Shown: positions 34,600 through 49,611, counted from the stretch's first letter. The stretch: DNA of 64,000 nt from Torpedo marmorata (GCA_977017645.1 OZ360222.1:107508001-107572000); one strand, 5' to 3'. The notes: generated by a model not told the origin, from the sequence alone. Translations and numbers: made by a program.

Positions 34600-34885
34600 G
34601 CAAGCCAATGATACATACCCAGGGACACGGGGCTGGACAAACCCCTGTGATCAGAGAGAGAGGGAGAGGGAGGGAGACACACACATACACACTCATACAC
34701 ACAGCTGCACTCGTCCAATAGGCGCAGCTTCGAGCTGCTTCCAATCAATCCATCCATCATCCCACCCCTCTCTCAAAGCCACTCCACCCTCCAAATCCCC
34801 CGCCCCCCATTTTCTCTCTGCCAGCTCAGGGCTGTTTGCAACTCATGGGCACAGAGTTTATTGGCTAAATTAATGCAAATAAGCA
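34600..34885. promoter_or_regulatory. BCL11A proximal promoter motifs
   Basis: CCAAT boxes (~34605, ~34715, ~34741, and ATTGG at 34860-34864), GC box CCCCGCCCCC at 34797-34806, octamer ATGCAAAT at 34873-34880. Confidence 0.6.
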
Positions 34886-37800
34886 ATGAGCTTACATATC
34901 TTCTGCACAAGTGCAAGAAATCGGAAATTAGAACGCACACACCCAAATGTGTGTGTGTGTGAAAGTGATTTCTGTCAACTACAGCAAAAGGCAGGCTTTA
35001 TTCATGAAGCTGGTTATTGGGGAAGTGAACGAGGTTTGCAAAGTATTCTACAGAATAAATAATAAAACAAGGATTAGCTTTACAATTTTCGATGGCGCAC
35101 ACGCGAATCCAGATTGTGTAGACGGAGAATATTATTTGAATATAATTATACATTTAAATCAGAAATCTAGTCTATGAATTTGTCACACTCTCGTGCAAAA
35201 AAAATGTTCGTAGAGGTTGCTGACACTTTCTGTGCGTACATAGTTTTTTAATATATATTATCATGTTTGTTTTGTAAATAATATGTGTCCTCGACTATCT
35301 GTTTTGGGGGACCTGTTAACCACTGCTCTGGTGTTTTCAGTTATAGGTGAATATTTCACAAGGCTTAAAATGCATCAAGCGAATCTGTAATGCAAAGTGA
35401 AAATACTAATCCTATTATTTTTCTATCCTTTGTGCCGCTCTTCTATGCTGTATATTAAACCGAGGGCGGATTAATAATTGAGCTTCACGCATTTCATTCT
35501 CGTTATTCAATGGATTTGCAGGTATTTTAGTTGCAGGTATTTGAGTTGAATGCAAATCATAGTTAAAATTGCAATGCTGCTTCTCGTTTCGTGATACATA
35601 TCCACCGTATTCATTTATGTGAGATGAGAAGAGTTTTCAAGTAACCTTTTAAGATTTTGCATCTGCATCGATCGTTTTATTTAAAAGGTAATAAGATTTC
35701 AAAGCACATTATTTTTAAAGGAAAAATGATTCTGTTAATTATGTTGCCTATGGTGATACTTGAATGATTTAATTAAAGACGATAGCTAGAACTCTGATAA
35801 ATCAATAACAAAATAAAAAAAAATGCTAAATCTGCCCTTCCATCTCGATTTAAAGCAAAGTTTGCACAACAAACTAGAAAAAAACGTACTTTACAATTAG
35901 AGAATCATAAATAAAGAAGAATTCACGCCGAATAGATGGCAATGGAATTCAGAGAAATGTTGACCAGTACAGATAGTTGGGGAAATTTTGCCCTCAAAAC
36001 TTATACTATGCTATATATTGATGTAACCGGGATCATTGAATGCGGAAGGATTGAGAATCGTCTTTAAATCGTGGTTTCCGTTGATTATGAGAACTGTACA
36101 CCACCACTCCACCAACTCCCGCCCCCAACTCCAAAACGTGACCCTGTGTTGGTGCTTATTTTCTGGAATATAAACGCTTTTAGCTGGAGGCTCTGAACGT
36201 GAATATGGCCAACAAAACAGTTTAGGCAGCAGAAGTGAAATTGAACTCATTTGTGATCAATGATGGGACCTGTTAACAGAAATTACACCATTTTTTGTTT
36301 TCACTAGATGTGGCAAGTGGTTGAATGGTTAACTATTTTTACTCTTGACACTCAACGATCAGATAAGACCTGCGGTTGCAGCTGTAGGGTCTCTCTTTCA
36401 GGAGGAAGTTATGTTACTCTAAGTCATGAATTTTAAACTAAATGGGTTTGTAACTCCTTACCCAGGGAGGATGGCACTTTATTAAAACGGTGAAAGTATA
36501 TCTCCCATCTGTATGGATTCCAAGTGACTGTTGGTTGTTTTGTTTTGAGTGTGCGGTTTTCTGCAGGAAAAGGGCTCTGTAAATTTATAGGGAGAGAGGG
36601 CAAAGAGCCGCCGAACTGCCTGAGAGCCAAATTCCTTCCAGCACACCTCCCCCACTTCTAATGCAAAATGATTTCTGATCTAATCTGCATCTGGGAGCTG
36701 GCTGCTAACCTGGTCAGCTTTTATCTGCCATCTTATCCAGTAGTCACTGAACTAAGCGAGCTGATCCATTTATTGCCGAGACACCCCCCCCCCCCCCAGC
36801 CAAACGAAAACGCAGTCCTTGTTTGCTCACTCTTTCGTGATTAAAACTATTGGCGCAGCCAAATAAAAAAAGTTACTTTGTTGCATGTAACGTTCGGCTA
36901 CCGAAACTCCGATGCAGCAGCACAATGATCATCATAAAAGCGATCGAATGACTAGAGAAGGGAGGGGGCGGTTGCACGCATTCAGCTACGAATTGCGGAG
37001 AAGTCTGTAATGAAGGAGTTAATTCTATCTTTTGATTAGCTCACTAACAATAACTTTATGCCATGCATCCAATGACTGGCGCTGTGTATTCAAAGTCGGC
37101 TGATTTGTTTAATAAATGTGCCGAGCATATATCTGCTTATGTCTTTTTTCAAAGAAGTGTTTGGCTACTCGTATTTTTAATGCATCTAATAATTATTTTA
37201 GCATTCAGAGCAGCGTCGAACCGTTTCACTTGTGACTCCTTTTATTCGCAGAAACCCCTATGGGTGCCTCCGAGCAAAGCAAGTCAACGATCTATCACGC
37301 AGCCGATTCAATAGCAGGCTGAGCTAACCTTGACCTTTACCTAGACCTCGCTCCATCTGGTGCCAGGGTGTTTTTCATAATGTTGATGCCTTGCAGTCAA
37401 AATTGATCAACGCGGAATCGACCGCCTGACCTCCTCAAGGGGCGTTGCGAGGTAACCTGACTGCTTGAAAATCGAGAGAGCCATGTGCAAAACATGGGCA
37501 GGAAAATTGAGTGTCCGCTTGGTCGCATTTCAATATGTAAATGATCAGGCATTAGCAAGTCGTGACCCATCCGCCAAATAAATCAAACCTCTCTGCTGTT
37601 CTGTCATTATTTTTTTCTACATCATTTAGTAAATTGACTTCTTTAAAACAGTGTGTTGCAGAATTTGTTTCCCCCCCCACCCTTGCTCGGCGGTCAGGGC
37701 CTTTTTTGATGCTGATTGTGATCAGATGTTTTGCATAATCTACATACAGTATCTACGCTGGCCAGTGGTCAGCGGTTGGAATAATTCTGAAGTTTAATTT

Positions 37801-40800
37801 CATGGTAAGGCAGGTAAAGGCTGGGTCTTAGTTAGCAACATGACAACCAATGAACGAATAGCTAATCGATATGTCTCAGATACTTCCCGTTATTTTGCGA
37901 CAAAGGAAGAACAAATAAAAAGATTTTAAACGGTGGTATTGGAAAACTAGACAGCTGGAGCATGAGACTTTCTCTGTTTCCACTGGATTGAAATGAATGC
38001 ATTAATTGATGGCTATCCCATCCGTTGACAAGACGGACTAATAGCACTAATGCAACACTTTCCCTGTCTTTCTCTCAATATTAGATACAGTGCGCTTCAT
38101 TGGAAAGGTCCGTTGCTGTGCCTATTGAGGATAAAGGCGAACTTGGCGGTGTTTTTGTATTGTCTGCGGGTTCCTGACGTGCCAGTGCTTGCTAGTAAAA
38201 ACGAGTGTCAATTACAAGCTTCCATATTCCATCCCACATATTAGGAGGCACTTGAGCAGAAAGCGTTCAGATGACGTTTGCACTATATTCAGAAGTGCAA
38301 ATCGTGTAGGCTTTGTACCAAAACTAATCGCGAACAAAAGATGTGTGTCTCGGCATACAAAATTGAGTGAGAAAGTGTAACGTTTGAAATACCCCTGCTG
38401 TACAATCCAAACGTAATTGGTGGCATGCATGCTGCGTGTTATGTTATACATATGGATCTGGTGCTATAATATTCATTGCCTTTGTTCAAGATGAGACAGG
38501 CAACCGAGAGGTAGTGGTACAACAAAGATTGTTTTGTCTGTAGTTGAATCTGTGTTGCGCCCCTCCCCTCTCCCAGCGTCCCGTCCAGGTGTGAGAAAAG
38601 GGAAACTCGTAAAACTGGATTTTATGTTCCAAAACGTAAGGTGAAACAAGTGCCTTTCATTGGGATACAAATCGCTTTCATTAAAAAAAAACGAAGGATG
38701 ATCTATTGCAAGGTATAAGAAATTATGCCATGCTGACTTCTTCCACTTACTTTTTTTCTCTTATTTTTTTAAACTCAATACCCAAATGACAACGTTGTTC
38801 CATGTAAGTCAATTGAAAGCTCCTCGAGGCTACATTTTTGAAGTACTGGATATCCTCTCTACTGCTCATCAACCCGCTTTATCAATATTATCTTTACAGA
38901 ATAATAATGTGTTTACATTTTCTCAGATTTTTTTACATTTCTGCACACAAATTTGTATCAGGAAGCAATCATATTTTTTCTTAAAGTTTTGTAACTTTAT
39001 TCATTTTTGAAAAAAAAATCAAATCAAACGATAATCGTTTTTTAAGCTTATTTTCTTTTGTGGTAACAGCTTCTTAAAGTAAATGTACTCTTCATTTTTT
39101 GTTTCGTCACGTGGATGCATTTTGCAGGTGTTGTGCGAGCCCAGATATTGTCTATGTGTCCGGTAATACTGATTTCTTTATTCAAGGAAACCCTGTAACC
39201 ATTTACTTTTAACGTGCAGAAATTCCTATACATCAAAAGAGGCACCCTGTTTGACATTTTAAATTTCGTTATATTCAAATGTCACTACTCTGGTAAACTC
39301 TTGAACATTTAGTTAGTCCAGTTACACGCCATTTCACCTTTTTGGGGCCAGACATAAGCACACAAGGACCTATTGAATCTGTCTGGACTCAAGTGCAGAC
39401 AGATGGACGACGCAGAGAGCCAAGAGGTTACGTTTGCCAAGCCCTGCATCGACCCTTTCAGGGGGATTCCGCTCAGCCAGTCTGTTGTTAGAGCTGAATT
39501 ATAGCCTTGCGCAGACACTACTGCACATTATTAACCGGCTAGCGACCACTTTACATAGGAGGTTTATTTCGAAGTGTATTTTTTACGAAACCTACAGCAA
39601 CTAGTCAAAATGTTCAGCCAAAACGTGCGTCAGAATATCTAGACGTAGTATGATATTTAAGCAGTAAATAAACCAGAGTGGAGAATTGTCCCTGCAATGC
39701 ATACACGTGATTTTACTATGGTATTTATTTGAGCTTCTTTATATTGTCACATCAAGTTGTAATGTACGCTTTATATGAGGAGTAAGGGCACGGATTCATT
39801 TATACACAAGATAAGTGATCTAAATTAATTATACTGTATATTACCTCAATTGCAGTAAGATTCTGAAATACTTTCAAATAGCTGAAACTCTTGAAAGTCA
39901 AGTTCAAAAACCACCACCATCCTCCGGTAATGCATGTCACCTATGAACCTCTCATAATCAATATATTTTGATAAAGATACATAATTTTGTACACTGTTTA
40001 GTAGTCTTTATATATCTATGTGTATGTGTGTAGATCAGCAGATTATTGTCAGTGCCCATGTAAAGATGGAATTAGAAAACAACAATTGGATTAAAATGTA
40101 TTATCTGGGTTATGTTAGATATTTACTGGTTTTAAAATAACGAGTTAAGAATTAAGTTAAAATCTCAGCCACTGCTGCATGGTGTTTTTGTTGAAAACGC
40201 AATCGTCAGTGTTAGCAGTTCAGTCATCAGAACAGGTTTAAATGGGTAGCTGACAAATGAATATTAATGTGAAGATTCCATACTGGGTATTATCATACTG
40301 TGAAACGATTATATTATCCAGGTTTTGGCAAGCATTGGTCGTAATGAAAAGGGATTACTTGACCAGCAAAAAAAAACCATTTGAACTAATTTTATGTTTT
40401 GTCCATTCTATTAATTTGTTTTAAAAATGATTGTTACAGGATTTGTATGAGATACACAAATGACATGGGTTGTGCATCCTTCCTAATGATAAATTTTTAC
40501 ACCCCATCTTAAACATCATAATGGTCTTGCATTTTTTTAAAAATAAAATTTGAATAATTCTTTCGAACAATTGAATTGTGTTACACAAAAATTAATTATT
40601 AATGCGAAGCATGTAATAACTTTTAAAAATGTGAATTCATGCATAACATTAATCGATCGCGCTGTGTAAAATTTGGGTATAGTCGTGTAAATGTAACCTA
40701 GCTTTCAAAACAAAACAGAATTTAACGTTATTTTAAATAAAATCATTTATGAAATCCATATCGAAAAAATGTTAGTTGGAGTCCATGCATTTACAGGACT

Positions 40801-43304
40801 TACACTTTACTGTCAAACAAGAACCTCCTCCGCGTGCGAAAAAGTCGATTAAACTCCATATACATTTTACTTTTTTAAATCGTTTGTTTCACGGCGTACT
40901 TATTGCTGCCCACTGTCCATCAATCTATCGTAATGTATGATCTTGTTTATAACTGGTGTAGTTAAGTTGTTGTTAATTTTACACTAAACGGTTGTTATGA
41001 TGACAAATGAGGAGGCTGTGATCACACACATGGGACCACAAACAATTTATCTCACGCGTGAAAAGCAGGATTTTGATTCGGGAGGTTGGCATTTCTTCAA
41101 TATGCCTCGGGTGGGAAGTGACTGAAGGTCCCCGTATCTTCACGAAACCCGTTCACCTTCGGAATCTGGGAAAACGGCTATTGAGCCAATAAAGGAAAAG
41201 GGAAGATTTGTTTTAAATCTGGCTGTGCAACGTTGAGGTTCAAATGGAAGTATGTAGATAGATATACATTGCATCACCTATTTATAATACTATACTAACG
41301 GAACAACAAATGATTTACAATCGTATGCATATTAACAGAGAGATAATTTGATAACATTTCAAATCCATCTTTAAGATGTATTTACATGCCGAGGTGAGCG
41401 CGTTTATTCCGTGATATTTATATAAATTCTAATCACTAGTTATATTTGAATATATTTTTCTGAACCTAGATTAAACCAAACTTTCGTTTTACTTTGCGAC
41501 TTTTTTTTCTCTTTAAAAGCATTATGTCCCACATAGGATGAATTTTATTAGGGGGCCATGCTCAATTGCTAGTCAGGAATATTGCAGATCAAAGCGGGAA
41601 AGAGACAGGAAACGATAAAGATCTATTTCAATTTTATGCCGACAGATTGAAAAACTTATGTGTTTAGATCGGCTCAGATAAGCGCGCTTTTCAGTGGTGA
41701 GCAGATTGGCAGAAAAAGAAGAGTTTGTGGTTGTCAGAGGTGCTGCACTGTGCCACAGTTTGTAATGAACGCGCGCCATCCACAGGGCAAAAGCAGCAGT
41801 GTCGACCCAACAACCACAGAACCAGGTCACAGCTCACATACACGTTGCCAAAGATGCTCGGTGAAACGTGTATCAATGGAAAGCCTGTTGCTGAGACAAA
41901 TATGTCTATATTAATAATACAGTTGAGATTTCCCTTCTTAGAATATTAATATTTGAAAGAAAATTAGAACGAAACGGGAGTTGCGATAACTTTAATTTAC
42001 AGTTTTAGAAGGGATAGTTGCACCTAGAAAAACAAAATCAGTTTTAAATGTTTTAGCTGGATTTAAGAAAATAATTATATCAAATAAATTTAGTGAAACA
42101 ATTAATTTGAAATTTCACATACTTTCTCTCCAAACTGCAATGTAAATCACATTTCATGTTGTGTAAAAATGTTTACCACGTGCTGATGTAAACATGAGTA
42201 CAATTTACCGCGAGTTCCCCGTTTCTTCCATACACCATGAGCGAGGAATCAATAAAAGCAAGTGCAATGGTAAAACAAAAATATCAGAAGATATCGAACC
42301 CACTCAGACTAATTGCTGAAAGAATCAAGCAATGAAATTCAGAAAGTTAAGGTATACGTTCGGTATACGTATATGGTTAGGGGTGATGGTGGGGCTGGGG
42401 AATGTGGTGGCAAAGAGGAGGGCTTTGGAAATTGATATTAGAATTTAGTTGGTGTCGTGTGCATTCAAGATGTATGGTAAGAAATGTTAATTACAATTTT
42501 AAAAGTGCTTAATCGGGGAGAAAGTGGATCAAGCATTTGGCTCGTTACTTTTACCCGAGTGGAAATAAAACAAAGTACAAGCATTACAGCAGTGAGAACA
42601 GGTTCCAAATTTAAGAAGTTAAACAAAGGAAACTAAGGCGAAGAGGTGATCACGAAATGGAGGGAAAATCTTAAGAACAAATAGAAGAAATGATCGATGG
42701 ATGTAGGAGGAAAACGTGTCCTCAGGGGCAGAACAATCTATGAGGAAATGTCTTCACAGCAGCAAAAGGTTCCAATAGTCAGTCTCCAAGTGAACTACCA
42801 CAAGGTCTCCAAGGTCCCCCCGGTGGATAAGGGATTACATTGTGCAACGAAACAAGAGCGGTTTAGATGGAATGACAGTAAAGCGCGAAATTAAGGAGCA
42901 ACCCTAAAAATAATAACTTGCTGAATACAACTCAAAGAATGCACCTTGTTGAATTAAACCCTTGAAAAATAAGCGTATCAATACCCTGAGAGGTTAACTG
43001 ACAACTTTTAGACTTTTGAGGTAGCTGGAATAATACTTTATCCAATCTGAAACTACTTTTGTGTGCTTAAGAGTTAAATTGTCAACTTGATTCTCAGGCT
43101 ATACTCTTACTTTCAAGCCAAATATAATATTCATAATGTAGAGTAGGGCTTTGGTTCCCCTTGCCAATCCCTTTTTATTTTTTTTTTCTCATATGGGCTG
43201 GATTTCCACAAGATTAAATAATTTATTCTGACAAAGCATCATTGACCGGAAATATTGGCTCTGTTTTGCCTCATCTGCGGAGTATTTCTGGCATCTTCTT
43301 CATT

Positions 43305-45005
43305 AGTCAGAGTGTAGAATATAAGAGTTGGAACAAATTATAGCAACTTTAGAAAATGCATTTTGTGCTGCCCTTGGAACATTGTGTACAATTCTGGTCA
43401 CTACACTATGGGAAGGATGTGATTGCACTGGAGAGAGTGAAGAGGAGATTGGAGAATTTCAGTTATGGGGAGAAATTAGATAAGCTGGGTTTGTCTTCCC
43501 CGGTGCAAAGGAAGCTGAGGAGAGACCTGATAGGAATGTGCAAAAATGTAAGAGGCAAAGGTAGGCAGATAGTCAAATAGTTTTCTCATGGTAATGGTAT
43601 CAAAAACAAGAGGGTATTAAGATGAGAAGAAGGGGATCTGTGTGGTAGGTTTTCTGAAGGATGAGGATCGGCAAGGATAAGGCCTTAGACGCTGTCTCTA
43701 TGAACTCTAACAAGGCTTTTGACAAGGTCCTGCATGGTAGGCTGATCTGGAAGGTCAGGTGGCTTGGGATCCAGGGTAAACCAGACAATTGAATACATGA
43801 TTGTTTTGGTGGATGGAGATAGAGGGCAGTAGTGGAGAGTTGTTTTTCATATTGGAGCCTTATAGCCATGGACGTGCTGCAGAGATCACGAGAAATTAGG
43901 TGGCATGAGTAGTAAGTTTTCAAATGACACCAAAATTAGAGGTATTGTGGACAACAGGATCTGGATCAACAGGGAAAGTGGCCACAAAATGGTAGATGTA
44001 AATACAAAAAATGTAACTCAGACAAGTACAAAGTGTGGCCTTTTAGGGAGTTAAACCAGGGCAGGACATATACAGTGAAGAGCAGAGCCCTGCGGAGTGT
44101 GGTAGAACAGAAAGACCAAGGAGTAGAGGAGCACAGCGTCCTGAAAGTGGTGACACAGGTAGACAAGTTGGTGAAGAAGACATTTGCCTTCATCAATCAG
44201 GGCAATGAGAACAAAAGTTTGGAAGCCATGTTACAGCTATACAGGACATCGGTGAGACTACCCCTGAAATACTATGTGCAGTTCTGGTCACCGTACTATA
44301 GGAAGGATGTGATTAAGTTGGATAAGATGCAGAAAAAATGCACATGGGATTACCGGGATTGGAGGGTTTGAGTTATTAGGAGAGCTTGGGACTGTTTTCT
44401 CTGAAGCTGAGACTGACGGGTGACCTTATAAAGGTTTATAAAATCATGGAAGGTATAGATAATGTGAATGGTCATAATCTTTTGCCCTAGGTAGAGGAGG
44501 ATAAAACTAGAGGGCAAGGCTTTAAGATGAGAGGGGAAGAATTTAAAGGGGACCTGAGAGGCAAGTTTTTAGTCAGAAGTTGGTGGGTATATGGAGCAAG
44601 CTGCCAGAGAAAGTGGTTCAGGTGGGTTTAAAAATCATTTGGATGGATACACAGATAGGAAAGATTTTGGAGAATAAAGGCCAAATGCAGGCAAATGGCT
44701 CTAACTCAGAAAGACAACTGGGTCGGCATGGACATGTTGGACTGAAGGGCCTGATTTCATGCTGTATAACTCTGACCCTCTATGACTGTTTTACACAGAG
44801 TGGTTGATACCTGGAACTCACTGCCTGAGGAGGTGATGGAATCAGAATCAAGAATTAGAAAAATGTAGACAAACACATAACGAGACAGGGCATAGAAGGA
44901 TATGGTCCTACTGCAGGCAAATGCAATCAGTGTAGATGGATGAAAAGGTCGCCATAAACACAGTGGGCTGCAGCACCTCTTTCTGTTCTCTATGACTCTT
45001 GAACT
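43305..45005 (+). mobile_element. Cluster of degraded CR1 LINE 3' fragments
   Basis: Peptides LEHCVQFWSLHYGKDVIALERV..., KAFDKV.HG.L and YYVQFWSPYYRKDVIKL; CR1 tails near 44780 and 45000. Confidence 0.85.
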
Positions 45006-45689
45006 CTATTTTTTTAATAAAACTCTCAAACCCTAAGAAAAAGTCAAGAACTGCTTCAAAACATATAGATTAAACGACTAGTTGTTTCATAGCAAAACAT
45101 GAATAATCCCCACAACAGGAAGGTGAAATTGATAATAAAAAGCTGAAACACACATAAAGAAAAAACCGCATAAAAAAGGGATGAAGATTGTAAAGATGGG
45201 ACTGGAAATAAGGAAAAGATACTAGATATTGAGGACAGAGACAGTGCTACATAAGTCAGTTTCATTAGCTGAGTTAGAACTGAAAATAGCATACTGAACT
45301 GGTATATGATACCACAGGAGATGCATACCTTCAGGCAAAGGAAAATAAGCAATGTCTGCTTCAGTCAATGGAGATAGACAAGTCAGAATATAAACGTTGA
45401 CTGATACAACCAGAATTTACAGTTATTGCACAGTTTTTTTGGACAGCCAGAAGATTCACTGTTCTCTCAAGCATAGTCAGATAAAAATATAAACAATGAT
45501 GCATTAATAAATATATGATGTCATAACAGCAGAAATGTCAGCTAAACAAAGCAACAATTAAAGTATTAATTGTTTTGTTCCATGAAATTACAAACAAAAT
45601 TACAACTTTAAAGTGAAATCTTCAGGCACAAAGCATTACAAAGGAAAATAACCTGAAAACCCCTGTTATGATAAATAGGACAGATTGTG

Positions 45690-47235
45690 CAGCTCATAAC
45701 TGTATAACAAAGCTCTGCTATCCTACCACATTTGGTTGTGAATGGTGGTGCACAGCTAACAGAAGGAGGCTCTAAGGACATCCTCATCCAAGATGATGGC
45801 AGGGTGCATGATAAGGTAGGAACATTTTCTGCCATGTCCAACCACAAAATGCCATTTCAGCTTCCTTCTGAGATCCCCGCTAACACAGAAGTCAATAGTT
45901 TGCCAATTCGATTCAGTCTACATCATTTTAAGAAACAGTGGAAAGCACTGGATGGAGGAAAGATTATGGGACCAGATAACATTCTGTTTGCAGTACTGAA
46001 GTCCTGAGCTCTAGAACTAGCCATGCCTCTAGCTAAGCTGTTGCAGAACTGGCATTCAGCTGATATCGCCCAAGTATGTTTTGCCCACAATAAGCAGGGC
46101 TAATTGAATCCAGCTAATTACTGCCCAGCAAACGGAAAGGAAATGTCATCAACCGTGCTATCAAGTGGCAGATACTATCCAATAATTTGCTCATAAATTT
46201 TCAGCTCAGAGTTTGGCAGAACCACAGAGAAAGCTTCATCATAGCCATGGTCCAGAGATGAAGTGAGAGTGACCTTCCTCCCTTGATATCAAAGCAGCAT
46301 TTGACTGTGTGTGCATCAAGGAGTCCTGGCAAGCTGAAATCAATCTCTGAGAAAATTTGTACCTCAGACAAAGAAAGATGATTGTGGTTGTTTGAGATCA
46401 ATCATCCCATCCCAGGATCTTATTGCAAAAATTATTTGGAGCAGTTTCTTAGGCCCAGTTATCTTCAAATACTATAGACCTACTTTCCATCTTGAGGTCA
46501 GAAGTGGAGATGTTTGTTGATGGCCACACAATGTTTAATTCCAGTCACAACTGCTCAACAAGTAAAAAATGCCATCATTGCGAGTAACAGGGCAAGGGCA
46601 GCATTCGGGCCTGGCTTAAAAACTGGAAGTAATATTTGGCAATGACCATCTCCAACAAGAGAGTGCTTTAGGACCTATCCTTGGTCTTCAATGGAATTTT
46701 TATTGCCAACTTGCCACCATATTGTGGAGCTCTTCACTGACCAGAAATTAAACCGGACCAGCCACATAAAAACTACAGCTACAAAAGCAGGCCAGAAGCA
46801 GGGCATCCTGACATGAGTGTCTCACCCCACCCCAAAATCCCAAAGCTTTTCTACCATCTATAAAACACAGCAGTGTGATGGAATACTTTCCATTTCTCCT
46901 GGATGACTGCAGCTCCAACAACTTTCAAGAAGCTCAAATCCGTCCAGGACAAAACAGCCCACCTGATTAGTGCCCCATCCACTATCCTAAACATTTACTC
47001 CTTCCACCACCACTGCAGTGCACACCATCTACAAAATGCACCACAACTATTCACTTAGGCTAATCAGAAAGAATCTCTCAAATCCAGGATTTTTACCATA
47101 ATGAACAGCAGTAGAACAGCACCATCAGTCAAATTCTTACATCATGGAAGTACTTCCAAAGGAAGTGACCACTGTCACTTTCTCAAAGGCAATTTGGGAT
47201 GGATAATAAATGCTGACCTTGCCAGAAACACCTAT
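45690..47235 (+). mobile_element. Old, heavily degraded CR1-group LINE
   Basis: Remnants KALD..K.MGPDNI..AVLK, PLAKL, LDIKAAFD and FVDG. 3' end GGCAATTTGGGATGGATAATAAATGCTG. Confidence 0.65.
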
Positions 47236-47544
47236 ATCTCAAAAACTGAACAAGTGTATGCCCTCTAATTCAGAAATAAAATTTAGAGGGATTCTCACTA
47301 CCCTGTAGCTCATTCCATTTGTACTGCAGGGGGATTTCACAGGTCTAGTAAGGTGCATAGAGGGAAGTCATTTAAAGTCCCAACCGCAGCTTTCACTTTC
47401 TCACTGCAGACCTTCTGTAAAGGCTAAAGTGAGTTTGTGTGAACCAGCGGTTCTAGCCTGCTTGTGCTAACTGATTGCAAATTCTGCCCACAACCGGAAG
47501 CCACGGTTAGTTGTGACTTTGGCAGAGAACAAGAACAACTCATA

Positions 47545-48570
47545 GTTCAGAATCAGAATCAGAATTTATTGTCATGAACAAGTCATGAAATTCGGTGTTT
47601 TGCGGCAGCATCATAGTGCAAACATTCATATTATAACCATCTTACGACATTACTATAAAAAAATTAAAATAATAGTGCACGAAAAGTAAGGCAGTGTCTT
47701 TGGATCATTGATTATTCAGGAATCTGATGGCAGCGGGGAAGAAGCTGTCCTTGTGCCGTTGAGTGCTCATCTTCCGGCTCCTGTACCTTTTTCCCGATGG
47801 GAGCAGAGTGAAGAGGGCATGGCCTGGGTGGTGGGGGTCATTGAGGATAGAGGCTGCTTTTTTAAGACACCGCCTCATGTAGATGTCCTCGATGGAGTGA
47901 AGTTTGGTGCCTGTGATGTCACAGGCCGAGTTAACAACCCTCTGGAGTTTATTCTTGGCCTGAGAGTTGGCGCCTCCATACCAGGCAGTGATGCAACCAG
48001 CCAGAATGCTCTCCACGGTACACCTGTAGAAGTTTACGAGAGTCTTCGGTGACATACCGAATCTCCTCAGACACCTCACAAAGTATAGCTGCTGGCGAGC
48101 TTTCTTTCTGATTGCATCAACGTGGAGGCTCCAGGACAGATCCTCGGAGATGTTGACACCCGGGAATTTGAAGTTCTTGACCCTCTCCACTACTGAGCCT
48201 TCGATGAGGACTGGGTCGTGTTCCCCTGACTTCCTCCTGAAGTCCACAATCATTTGCTTGGTTTTGCTGACGTTGAGCGCAAGGTTGTTGTCGTTACACC
48301 ATTCAACGAGCTGATCTATCTCCCTCCTGTACGCTTCCTCATTGCCGTTTGTGATTCTGCCGACAACTGTGGTGTCAAACTTGTAGATGGCATTGGTATT
48401 GTGCCTGGCCACACAGTCATGGGTGTATAAGGAGTAGAGCAGTGGGCTAAGCACGCATCCTTGGGGTGCGCCTATGTTAATAATCAGTGAGGTGGAGACG
48501 TTGTTTCCAATTCGTACTGATTGTGGTCTTCCGATGAGAAAGTCAAGGATCCAGTTTCAGAGGGGGGTAC
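47545..48570 (-). mobile_element. Rex1/Babar-type LINE, 5'-truncated
   Basis: ORF 47705..48454 reads [13 protein letters not shown]...YKF(AD deleted)DTTVVGRI...LNVSKTK...[12 protein letters not shown]. Tail GAATTTCATGAC...TGACAATAAA(TTCTGA)3. Confidence 0.88.
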
Positions 48571-49611
48571 CTAAAGCGAAATATTCAGATTCAGTCACCA
48601 GAATCAGCTCTTGTTCTTGGGGTTGGAATATATAGGATACAAGTAAATTTGAAGGGTAGAAAAATTGAACAGGGTGTTTAGACCATAATTCTAATGTCCA
48701 TCTAAATATTTCAACAATCATGCATAAGAAACTGGCAGATATTTTTAAATTTAATTCTTCCTCCTATCAGTATTCTGTTTGAAATGTCTAATTTCCTGTG
48801 AACAAGATTCATGGTTTTCATATTCAGTTAAAGAAGTAGGATAGTCTTTCTACGTAAATGCATTTAGTTTGTGAAACTCATTAAAGGTAGATGCATTTCA
48901 ATTGAGAATTGTTCGTTATGATGAAGTGCTTTGTACTGCAATTAGTCCCTGAAAGTGAAGAGTCTTCATCAAATTCATCTGATATGTAGATGAGAGAAGT
49001 TCCCCAGTTTAAATTTCTTTACATCTGCTTTTTTTCCAGGTAGTATCAGGTGACTCTTTCCATATTCATCAGGCAGCTGTTTAATGTTGTATCATGGTCA
49101 CTAATGTTCTGTTCATGCCTATTTAGCTACTAACCCTCCCATTGGAAGAGAGAGGGAGAAAAGAGAGAGAGAGAGAGAGAGATCCATGTTTCCACATGCG
49201 TAAATAAAAAAATGACAGAGTGACTGTGTCCCTATCATTTTCTGGCAATCCCCTTAGTGACATGAACAGGAAATATTTTCATTCTGAAAGATTGTTGGGA
49301 AATAACAGCATTATGACAGCTTCTTGTATGCTGACACCAATCACCTTACACTATGTGTCAGAGTAAGGTACACAAAAAGCTGGCATAATGCTATCTATAC
49401 CCAAAAGTTTGTCTAAGGCATTTAGCCTTGTAGCCAGATAACACTAAAGACATAGATTTACTTGGCATTTTAATATTTTAAAAGTCCAAAATTCACACTA
49501 TAAGGTACACTAGAATTTTTAGGATGCTCATTCAAAAGCTTAGTATTTATAGAATTTAAGATGTGGCTTAACTAAGAGGAAATGGTTATGGAAATAGAAA
49601 TTAGAAATCCA

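Larger units (their letters stand above)
33050..34810. promoter_or_regulatory. CpG island over the BCL11A promoter, exon 1 and the start of intron 1
   Basis: Visibly high GC and CpG density around the first exon; boundaries approximate. Confidence 0.8.
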
